Source of the DNA: the human T2T-CHM13v2.0 reference genome, Homo sapiens
Strand: one strand, 5' to 3'
Assembly: GCF_009914755.1 (NCBI RefSeq)
Contig: NC_060942.1
Length of the DNA: 64,000 nucleotides
Every line of letters starts with the position of its first letter. The stretch's first letter is position 1. Position numbers and translations under genes: made by a program. The notes beneath the pieces were generated by a model. It saw only the letters and a list, made by a program, of their open reading frames with translations. It was not told the origin of the DNA and did no database searches. Shown one piece after another: positions 1 through 9,800 of the stretch.

Positions 1-35
1 GTATCTGGAACTGGACTTTTGGAGCGATTTCAGGG

Positions 36-52
36 CTAAGGTGAAAAAGGAA
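36..52 (+). promoter_or_regulatory. A-box (pJ-alpha-type motif) in m12, at the position equivalent to the CENP-B box
   Basis: CTAAGGTGAAAAAGGAA, close to the recalled pJ-alpha consensus CTAYGGTGRAAAAGGAA, 171 bp upstream of the m1 CENP-B box. Confidence 0.7.
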
Positions 53-206
53 ATATCTTCCCATAAAAACTGGACAGAAGCATTCTCAGAAACTTGTTTA
101 TGCTGTATCTACTCAACTAACAAAGTTGAACCTTTCTTTTGATAGAGCAGTTTTGAAATGGTCTTTTTGTGGAATCTGCAAGTGGATATTTGGCTAGTTT
201 TGAGGA

Positions 207-223
207 TTTCGTTGGAAGCGGGA
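207..223 (+). promoter_or_regulatory. CENP-B box, m1 (repeated in every HOR)
   Basis: TTTCGTTGGAAGCGGGA matches the essential nTTCGnnnnAnnCGGGn pattern. Confidence 0.95.
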
Positions 224-544
224 ATTCATACAAATTGCAGACTGCAGCGTTCTGAGAAACATCTTTGTGATGTTTGTATTCAGGACACAGAGTTGAACAT
301 TCCCTATCATAGAGCAGGTTGGAATCACTCCTTTTGTAGTATCTGGAAGTGGACATTTGGAGCGCTTTCAGGCCTATTTTGGAAAGGGAAATATCTTCCC
401 GTAACAACTATGCAGAAGCATTCTCAGAAACTTGTTTGTGATGTGTGCCCTCTACTGACAGAGTTGAACCTTTCTTTTCATAGAGCAGTTTTGAAACACT
501 CTTTTTGTAGAATCTGCAAGAGGATATTTGCATAGCTTTGAGGA

Positions 545-561
545 TTTCGTGGGAAACGGGA
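545..561 (+). promoter_or_regulatory. CENP-B box, m3 (repeated in every 12-mer)
   Basis: TTTCGTGGGAAACGGGA; all 9 essential positions intact. Confidence 0.9.
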
Positions 562-886
562 TTGTCTTCAGGTAAAATCTAGACAGAAGCATTCTCAGAA
601 ACTTCTTTGGGATGTTTCCATTCAAGTCACAGAGTAGAACATTCCCTTTGGTAGAGCAGGTTTGAAACACTCTTTTTGTAGTATCTGGAAGTGGACATTT
701 GGAGCGCTTTCAGGCCCATGTTGGAAAGGGAAATATCTTCCCGTAACAACTAGGCAGAAGCATTCTCAGAAACTTATTTGAGATGTGTGTACTCAACTAA
801 GAGAATTGAACCACCGTTTTGAAGGAGCAGTTTTGAAACACTCTTTTTCTGGAATCTGCAAGAGTATATTTGCCTAGCCTTGAGGA

Positions 887-903
887 TTTCGTTGGAAACG
901 GGA
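887..903 (+). promoter_or_regulatory. CENP-B box, m5 (repeated in every 12-mer)
   Basis: TTTCGTTGGAAACGGGA, canonical. Confidence 0.95.
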
Positions 904-1107
904 TTGTCTTCAGAGAAAATCTAGACAGAAGCATTCTCAGAAACTTCTTTGGGATGTTTGCATTCAAGTCACAGAGTAGAACATTCCCTTTGGTAGAGCA
1001 GGTTTGAAACACTCTTTTTGTAGTATCTGGAAGTGGACATTTGGAGCGCTTTCAGGCCTACGTTGGAAAAGGAAATATCTTCCCATAACAACTAGACAGA
1101 AGCATTC

Positions 1108-1125
1108 TCAGAAACTAGTTTCTGA
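1108..1125. repeat. Perfect 18-bp palindrome at the start of m7, one per 12-mer
   Basis: TCAGAAACTAGTTTCTGA is its own reverse complement. Confidence 0.9.
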
Positions 1126-1228
1126 TGTGTGTCCTCAACTAACACAGTTGAACATTTCTTTAGACAGAACAGTTTTGAAACACTCTTTTTGTGGAATCTG
1201 CAAGTGGCTATTTGGCTAGATTTGAGGA

Positions 1229-1245
1229 TTTCGTTGGAAACGGGA
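1229..1245 (+). promoter_or_regulatory. CENP-B box, m7 (repeated in every 12-mer; mutated in H27)
   Basis: TTTCGTTGGAAACGGGA, canonical. Confidence 0.95.
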
Positions 1246-1395
1246 TTACATATAAAAAGCAGTCAGCAGCATTCTCAGAAAGTTCTTTGTGATGATTGCA
1301 TTCAAGTCACAGAATTGAACATTCCCTTTCACAGAGCAGGTTTGAAACACTCTTTTTGTAGTGTGTGTAAGTGGACATTTGGAGCACTTACCGGC

Positions 1396-1412
1396 CTAAG
1401 GTGAAAAAGGAA
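1396..1412 (+). promoter_or_regulatory. A-box (pJ-alpha-type motif) in m8
   Basis: CTAAGGTGAAAAAGGAA, 171 bp upstream of the m9 CENP-B box. Other even monomers carry more diverged versions such as CTATGTTGGAAAAGGAA. Confidence 0.7.
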
Positions 1413-1566
1413 ATATCTTCCCATAAAAACTAGACAGAAGCATTCTCAGAAACTTACTCGTGATGTGTGTCCTCAACTAAAGGAGTAGAACCTTTCTTTT
1501 CATAGAGAAGTTTTGAAACGCTCTTTTTGTGGAATCTGCAAGTGGATATTTGGCTAGTTTTGAGGA

Positions 1567-1583
1567 TTTCGTTGGAAGCGGGA
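1567..1583 (+). promoter_or_regulatory. CENP-B box, m9 (repeated in every 12-mer)
   Basis: TTTCGTTGGAAGCGGGA; same sequence and flanks as the m1 box. Confidence 0.95.
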
Positions 1584-1904
1584 ATTCATACAAATTGCAG
1601 ACTGCAGCGTTCTGAGAAACATCTTTGTGATGTTTGTATTCAGGACACAGAGTTGAACATTCCCTATCATAGAGCAGGTTTGAATCACTCCTTTTGTAGT
1701 ATCTGGAAGTGGACATTTGGAGCGCTTTCAGGCCTATGTTGGAAAAGGAAATATCTTCCCATAACAACTAGACAGAAGCATTCTCAGAAACTTATTTGAG
1801 ATGTGTGTACTCAACTAAGAGAATTGAACCACCGTTTTGAAGGAGCAGTTTTGAAACTCTCTTTTTCTGGAATCTGCAAGTGGATATTTGGCTAGCTTTG
1901 GGGA

Positions 1905-1921
1905 TTTCGCTGGAAGCGGGA
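1905..1921 (+). promoter_or_regulatory. CENP-B box, m11 (repeated in every HOR)
   Basis: TTTCGCTGGAAGCGGGA; all 9 essential positions intact. Confidence 0.9.
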
Positions 1922-4900
1922 ATACATATAAAAAGCACACAGCAGCGTTCTGAGAAACTGCTTTCTGATGTTTGCATTCAAGTCAAAAGTTGAACACTCC
2001 CTTTCATAGAGCAGTCTTGAAACACCCCTTTTGTAGTATCTGGAACTGGACTTTTGGAGCGATTTCAGGGCTAAGGTGAAAAAGGAAATATCTTCCCATA
2101 AAAACTGGACAGAAGCATTCTCAGAAACTTGTTTATGCTGTATCTACTCAACCAGCAAAGTTGAACCTTTCTTTTGATAGAGCAGTTTTGAAATGGTCTT
2201 TTTGTGGAATCTGCAAGTGGATATTTGGCTAGTTTTGAGGATTTCGTTGGAAGCGGGAATTCATACAAATTGCAGACTGCAGCGTTCTGAGAAACATCTT
2301 TGTGATGTTTGTATTCAGGACACAGAGTTGAACATTCCCTATCATAGGGCAGGTTGGAATCACTCCTTTTGTAGTATCTGGAAGTGGACATTTGGAGCGC
2401 TTTCAGGCCTATTTTGGAAAGGGAAATATCTTCCCGTAACAACTATGCAGAAGCATTCTCAGAAACTTGTTTGTGATGTGTGCCCTCTACTGACAGAGTT
2501 GAACCTTTCTTTTCATAGAGCAGTTTTGAAACACTCTTTTTGTAGAATCTGCAAGAGGATATTTGCATAGCTTTGAGGATTTCGTGGGAAACGGGATTGT
2601 CTTCAGGTAAAATCTAGACAGAAGCATTCTCAGAAACTTCTTTGGGATGTTTGCATTCAAGTCACAGAGTAGAACATTCCCTTTGGTAGAGCAGGTTTGA
2701 AACACTCTTTTTGTAGTATCTGGAAGTGGACATTTGGAGCGCTTTCAGGCCCATGTTGGAAAGGGAAATATCTTCCCGTAACAACTAGGCAGAAGCATTC
2801 TCAGAAACTTATTTGAGATGTGTGTACTCAACTAAGAGAATTGAACCACCGTTTTGAAGGAGCAGTTTTGAAACACTCTTTTTCTGGAATCTGCAAGAGT
2901 ATATTTGCCTAGCCTTGAGGATTTCGTTGGAAACGGGATTGTCTTCAGAGAAAATCTAGACAGAAGCATTCTCAGAAACTTCTTTGGGATGTTTGCATTC
3001 AAGTCACAGAGTAGAACATTCCCTTTGGTAGAGCAGGTTTGAAACACTCTTTTTGTAGTATCTGGAAGTGGACATTTGGAGCGCTTTCAGGCCTACGTTG
3101 GAAAAGGAAATATCTTCCCATAACAACTAGACAGAAGCATTCTCAGAAACTAGTTTCTGATGTGTGTCCTCAACTAACACAGTTGAACATTTCTTTAGAC
3201 AGAACAGTTTTGAAACACTCTTTTTGTGGAATCTGCAAGTGGCTATTTGGCTAGATTTGAGGATTTCGTTGGAAACGGGATTACATATAAAAAGCAGTCA
3301 GCAGCATTCTCAGAAAGTTCTTTGTGATGATTGCATTCAAGTCACAGAATTGAACATTCCCTTTCACAGAGCAGGTTTGAAACACTCTTTTTGTAGTGTG
3401 TGTAAGTGGACATTTGGAGCACTTACCGGCCTAAGGTGAAAAAGGAAATATCTTCCCATAAAAACTAGACAGAAGCATTCTCAGAAACTTACTCGTGATG
3501 TGTGTCCTCAACTAAAGGAGTAGAACCTTTCTTTTCATAGAGAAGTTTTGAAACGCTCTTTTTGTGGAATCTGCAAGTGGATATTTGGCTAGTTTTGAGG
3601 ATTTCGTTGGAAGCGGGAATTCATACAAATTGCAGACTGCAGCGTTCTGAGAAACATCTTTGTGATGTTTGTATTCAGGACACAGAGTTGAACATTCCCT
3701 ATCATAGAGCAGGTTTGAATCACTCCTTTTGTAGTATCTGGAAGTGGACATTTGGAGCGCTTTCAGGCCTATGTTGGAAAAGGAAATATCTTCCCATAAC
3801 AACTAGACAGAAGCATTCTCAGAAACTTATTTGAGATGTGTGTACTCAACTAAGAGAATTGAACCACCGTTTTGAAGGAGCAGTTTTGAAACTCTCTTTT
3901 TCTGGAATCTGCAAGTGGATATTTGGCTAGCTTTGGGGATTTCGCTGGAAGCGGGAATACATATAAAAAGCACACAGCAGCGTTCTGAGAAACTGCTTTC
4001 TGATGTTTGCATTCAAGTCAAAAGTTGAACACTCCCTTTCATAGAGCAGTCTTGAAACACCCCTTTTGTAGTATCTGGAACTGGACTTTTGGAGCGATTT
4101 CAGGGCTAAGGTGAAAAAGGAAATATCTTCCCATAAAAACTGGACAGAAGCATTCTCAGAAACTTGTTTATGCTGTATCTACTCAACTAACAAAGTTGAA
4201 CCTTTCTTTTGATAGAGCAGTTTTGAAATGGTCTTTTTGTGGAATCTGCAAGTGGATATTTGGCTAGTTTTGAGGATTTCGTTGGAAGCGGGAATTCATA
4301 CAAATTGCAGACTGCAGCGTTCTGAGAAACATCTTTGTGATGTTTGTATTCAGGACACAGAGTTGAACATTCCCTATCATAGAGCAGGTTGGAATCACTC
4401 CTTTTGTAGTATCTGGAAGTGGACATTTGGAGCGCTTTCAGGCCTATTTTGGAAAGGGAAATATCTTCCCGTAACAACTATGCAGAAGCATTCTCAGAAA
4501 CTTGTTTGTGATGTGTGCCCTCTACTGACAGAGTTGAACCTTTCTTTTCATAGAGCACTTTTGAAACACTCTTTTTGTAGAATCTGCAAGAGGATATTTG
4601 CATAGCTTTGAGGATTTCGTGGGAAACGGGATTGTCTTCAGGTAAAATCTAGACAGAAGCATTCTCAGAAACTTCTTTGGGATGTTTGCATTCAAGTCAC
4701 AGAGTAGAACATTCCCTTTGGTAGAGCAGGTTTGAAACACTCTTTTTGTAGTATCTGGAAGTGGACATTTGGAGCGCTTTCAGGCCTATGTTGGAAAGGG
4801 AAATATCTTCCCGTAACAACTAGGCAGAAGCATTCTCAGAAACTTATTTGAGATGTGTGTACTCAACTAAGAGAATTGAACCACCGTTTTGAAGGAGCAG

Positions 4901-6185
4901 TTTTGAAACACTCTTTTTCTGGAATCTGCAAGAGTATATTTGCCTAGCCTTGAGGATTTCGTTGGAAACGGGATTGTCTTCAGAGAAAATCTAGACAGAA
5001 GCATTCTGAGAAACTTCTTTGGGATGTTTGCATTCAAGCCACAGAGTAGAACATTCCCTTTGGTAGAGCAGGTTTGAAACACTCTTTTTGTAGTATCTGG
5101 AAGTGGACATTTGGAGCGCTTTCAGGCCTACGTTGGAAAAGGAAATATCTTCCCATAACAACTAGACAGAAGCATTCTCAGAAACTAGTTTCTGATGTGT
5201 GTCCTCAACTAACACAGTTGAACATTTCTTTAGACAGAACAGTTTTGAAACACTCTTTTTGTGGAATCTGCAAGTGGCTATTTGGCTAGATTTGAGGATT
5301 TCGTTGGAAACGGGATTACATATAAAAAGCAGTCAGCAGCATTCTCAGAAAGTTCTTTGTGATGATTGCATTCAAGTCACAGAATTGAACATTCCCTTTC
5401 ACAGAGCAGGTTTGAAACACTCTTTTTGTAGTGTGTGTAAGTGGACATTTGGAGCACTTACCGGCCTAAGGTGAAAAAGGAAATATCTTCCCATAAAAAC
5501 TAGACAGAAGCATTCTCAGAAACTTACTCGTGATGTGTGTCCTCAACTAAAGGAGTAGAAACTTTCTTTTCATAGAGAAGTTTTGAAACGCTCTTTTTGT
5601 GGAATCTGCAAGTGGATATTTGGCTAGTTTTGAGGATTTCGTTGGAAGCGGGAATTCATACAAATTGCAGACTGCAGCGTTCTGAGAAACATCTTTGTGA
5701 TGTTTGTATTCAGGACACAGAGTTGAACATTCCCTATCATAGAGCAGGTTTGAATCACTCCTTTTGTAGTATCTGGAAGTGGACATTTGGAGCGCTTTCA
5801 GGCCTATGTTGGAAAAGGAAATATCTTCCCATAACAACTAGACAGAAGCATTCTCAGAAACTTATTTGAGATGTGTGTACTCAACTAAGAGAATTGAACC
5901 ACCGTTTTGAAGGAGCAGTTTTGAAACTCTCTTTTTCTGGAATCTGCAAGTGGATATTTGGCTAGCTTTGGGGATTTCGCTGGAAGCGGGAATACATATA
6001 AAAAGCACACAGCAGCGTTCTGAGAAACTGCTTTCTGATGTTTGCATTCAAGTCAAAAGTTGAACACTCCCTTTCATAGAGCAGTCTTGAAACACCCCTT
6101 TTGTAGTATCTGGAACTGGACTTTTGGAGCGATTTCAGGGCTAAGGTGAAAAAGGAAATATCTTCCCATAAAAACTGGACAGAAG

Positions 6186-6860
6186 CATTCTCAGAAACTT
6201 GTTTATGCTGTATCTACTCAACTAACAAAGTTGAACTTTTCTTTTGATACAGCAGTTTTGAAATGGTCTTTTTGTGCAATCTGCAAGTGGATATTTGGCT
6301 AGTTTTGAGGATTTCGTTGGAAGCGGGAATTCATACAAATTGCAGACTGCAGCGTTCTGAGAAACATCTTTGTGATGTTTGTATTCAGGACACAGAGTTG
6401 AACATTCCCTATCATAGAGCAGGTTTGAATCACTCCTTTTGTAGTATCTGGAAGTGGACATTTGGAGCGCTTTCAGGCCTATGTTGGAAAAGGAAATATC
6501 TTCCCATAACAACTAGACAGAAGCATTCTCAGAAACTTATTTGAGATGTGTGTACTCAACTAAGAGAATTGAACCACCGTTTTGAAGGAGCAGTTTTGAA
6601 ACTCTCTTTTTCTGGAATCTGCAAGTGGATATTTGGCTAGCTTTGGGGATTTCGCTGGAAGCGGGAATACATATAAAAAGCACACAGCAGCGTTCTGAGA
6701 AACTGCTTTCTGATGTTTGCATTCAAGTCAAAAGTTGAACACTCCCTTTCATAGAGCAGTCCTGAAACACCCCTTTTGTAGTATCTGGAACTGGACTTTT
6801 GGAGCGATTTCAGGGCTAAGGTGAAAAAGGAAATATCTTCCCATAAAAACTGGACAGAAG
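6186..6860 (+). repeat. 675-bp 4-monomer HOR structural variant (m1, m10, m11, m12; 1360 bp shorter than the 12-mer)
   Basis: Begins with m1-specific GTTTATGCTGTATC...AAATGGTC but continues with m10-specific GGTTTGAATC and CCTATGTTGGAAAAGG, then m11 and m12. The ORF-track period shifts by 675 bp here. Confidence 0.95.
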
Positions 6861-9800
6861 CATTCTCAGAAACTTGTTTATGCTGTATCTACTCAACTAA
6901 CAAAGTTGAACCTTTCTTTTGATAGAGCAGTTTTGAAATGGTCTTTTTGTGGAATCTGCAAGTGGATATTTGGCTAGTTTTGAGGATTTCGTTGGAAGCG
7001 GGAATTCATACAAATTGCAGACTGCAGCGTTCTGAGAAACATCTTTGTGATGTTTGTATTCAGGACACAGAGTTGAACATTCCCTATCATAGAGCAGGTT
7101 GGAATCACTCCTTTTGTAGTATCTGGAAGTGGACATTTGGAGCGCTTTCAGGCCTATTTTGGAAAGGGAAATATCTTCCCGTAACAACTATGCAGAAGCA
7201 TTCTCAGAAACTTGTTTGTGATGTGTGCCCTCTACTGACAGAGTTGAACCTTTCTTTTCATAGAGCACTTTTGAAACACTCTTTTTGTAGAATCTGCAAG
7301 AGGATATTTGCATAGCTTTGAGGATTTCGTGGGAAACGGGATTGTCTTCAGGTAAAATCTAGACAGAAGCATTCTCAGAAACTTCTTTGGGATGTTTGCA
7401 TTCAAGTCACAGAGTAGAACATTCCCTTTGGTAGAGCAGGTTTGAAACACTCTTTTTGTAGTATCTGGAAGTGGACATTTGGAGCGCTTTCAGGCCCATG
7501 TTGGAAAGGGAAATATCTTCCCGTAACAACTAGGCAGAAGCATTCTCAGAAACTTATTTGAGATGTGTGTACTCAACTAAGAGAATTGAACCACCGTTTT
7601 GAAGGAGCAGTTTTGAAACACTCTTTTTCTGGAATCTGCAAGAGTATATTTGCCTAGCCTTGAGGATTTCGTTGGAAACGGGATTGTCTTCAGAGAAAAT
7701 CTAGACAGAAGCATTCTCAGAAACTTCTTTGGGATGCTTGCATTCAAGTCACAGAGTAGAACATTCCCTTTGGTAGAGCAGGTTTGAAACACTCTTTTTG
7801 TAGTATCTGGAAGTGGACATTTGGAGCGCTTTCAGGCCTACGTTGGAAAAGGAAATATCTTCCCATAACAACTAGACAGAAGCATTCTCAGAAACTAGTT
7901 TCTGATGTGTGTCCTCAACTAACACAGTTGAACATTTCTTTAGACAGAACAGTTTTGAAACACTCTTTTTGTGGAATCTGCAAGTGGCTATTTGGCTAGA
8001 TTTGAGGATTTCGTTGGAAACGGGATTACATATAAAAAGCAGTCAGCAGCATTCTCAGAAAGTTCTTTGTGATGATTGCATTCAAGTCACAGAATTGAAC
8101 ATTCCCTTTCACAGAGCAGGTTTGAAACACTCTTTTTGTAGTGTGTGTAAGTGGACATTTGGAGCACTTACCGGCCTAAGGTGAAAAAGGAAATAATCTT
8201 CCCATAAAAACTAGACAGAAGCATTCTCAGAAACTTACTCGTGATGTGTGTCCTCAACTAAAGGAGTAGAACCTTTCTTTTCATAGAGAAGTTTTGAAAC
8301 GCTCTTTTTGTGGAATCTGCAAGTGGATATTTGGCTAGTTTTGAGGATTTCGTTGGAAGCGGGAATTCATACAAATTGCAGACTGCAGCGTTCTGAGAAA
8401 CATCTTTGTGATGTTTGTATTCAGGACACAGAGTTGAACATTCCCTATCATAGAGCAGGTTTGAATCACTCCTTTTGTAGTATCTGGAAGTGGACATTTG
8501 GAGCGCTTTCAGGCCTATGTTGGAAAAGGAAATATCTTCCCATAACAACTAGACAGAAGCATTCTCAGAAACTTATTTGAGATGTGTGTACTCAACTAAG
8601 AGAATTGAACCACCGTTTTGAAGGAGCAGTTTTGAAACTCTCTTTTTCTGGAATCTGCAAGTGGATATTTGGCTAGCTTTGGGGATTTCGCTGGAAGCGG
8701 GAATACATATAAAAAGCACACAGCAGCGTTCTGAGAAACTGCTTTCTGATGTTTGCATTCAAGTCAAAAGTTGAACACTCCCTTTCATAGAGCAGTCCTG
8801 AAACACCCCTTTTGTAGTATCTGGAACTGGACTTTTGGAGCGATTTCAGGGCTAAGGTGAAAAAGGAAATATCTTCCCATAAAAACTGGACAGAAGCATT
8901 CTCAGAAACTTGTTTATGCTGTATCTACTCAACTAACAAAGTTGAACCTTTCTTTTGATAGAGCAGTTTTGAAATGGTCTTTTTGTGGAATCTGCAAGTG
9001 GATATTTGGCTAGTTTTGAGGATTTCGTTGGAAGCGGGAATTCATACAAATTGCAGACTGCAGCGTTCTGAGAAACATCTTTGTGATGTTTGTATTCAGG
9101 ACACAGAGTTGAACATTCCCTATCATAGAGCAGGTTGGAATCACTCCTTTTGTAGTATCTGGAAGTGGACATTTGGAGCGCTTTCAGGCCTATTTTGGAA
9201 AGGGAAATATCTTCCCGTAACAACTATGCAGAAGCATTCTCAGAAACTTGTTTGTGATGTGTGCCCTCTACTGACAGAGTTGAACCTTTCTTTTCATAGA
9301 GCACTTTTGAAACACTCTTTTTGTAGAATCTGCAAGAGGATATTTGCATAGCTTTGAGGATTTCGTGGGAAACGGGATTGTCTTCAGGTAAAATCTAGAC
9401 AGAAGCATTCTCAGAAACTTCTTTGGGATGTTTGCATTCAAGTCACAGAGTAGAACATTCCCTTTGGTAGAGCAGGTTTGAAACACTCTTTTTGTAGTAT
9501 CTGGAAGTGGACATTTGGAGCGCTTTCAGGCCCATGTTGGAAAGGGAAATATCTTCCCGTAACAACTAGGCAGAAGCATTCTCAGAAACTTATTTGAGAT
9601 GTGTGTACTCAACTAAGAGAATTGAACCACCGTTTTGAAGGAGCAGTTTTGAAACACTCTTTTTCTGCAATCTGCAAGAGTATATTTGCCTAGCCTTGAG
9701 GATTTCGTTGGAAACGGGATTGTCTTCAGAGAAAATCTAGACAGAAGCATTCTCAGAAACTTCTTTGGGATGCTTGCATTCAAGTCACAGAGTAGAACAT

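Larger units (their letters stand above)
81..6185 (+). repeat. Three 2035-bp 12-mer HOR copies (H1-H3; left haplotype)
   Basis: Starts at 81, 2116, 4151. Diagnostic alleles: m6 GATGTTTG, m8 GGAAATATCTT, m12 CAGTCTTGAAAC. Confidence 0.95.

Noticed and set aside
83-91. TTCTCAGAA/TTCTGAGAA, matching the STAT GAS pattern TTCN3GAA, in nearly every monomer
   Set aside because: Part of the general alpha-satellite consensus, not specific to this window, and no binding evidence is available from sequence.
1251-1258. TATAAAAA motif just after the m7 CENP-B box (also 1927-1934 in m11)
   Set aside because: TATA-like words are expected in AT-rich satellite; no other promoter evidence. Centromeric transcription exists but start sites cannot be inferred here.
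2071-2442. Uniquely longer 123-aa minus-strand ORF in H2
   Set aside because: Caused by private substitutions at 2153/2155 removing a stop codon; no coding significance.
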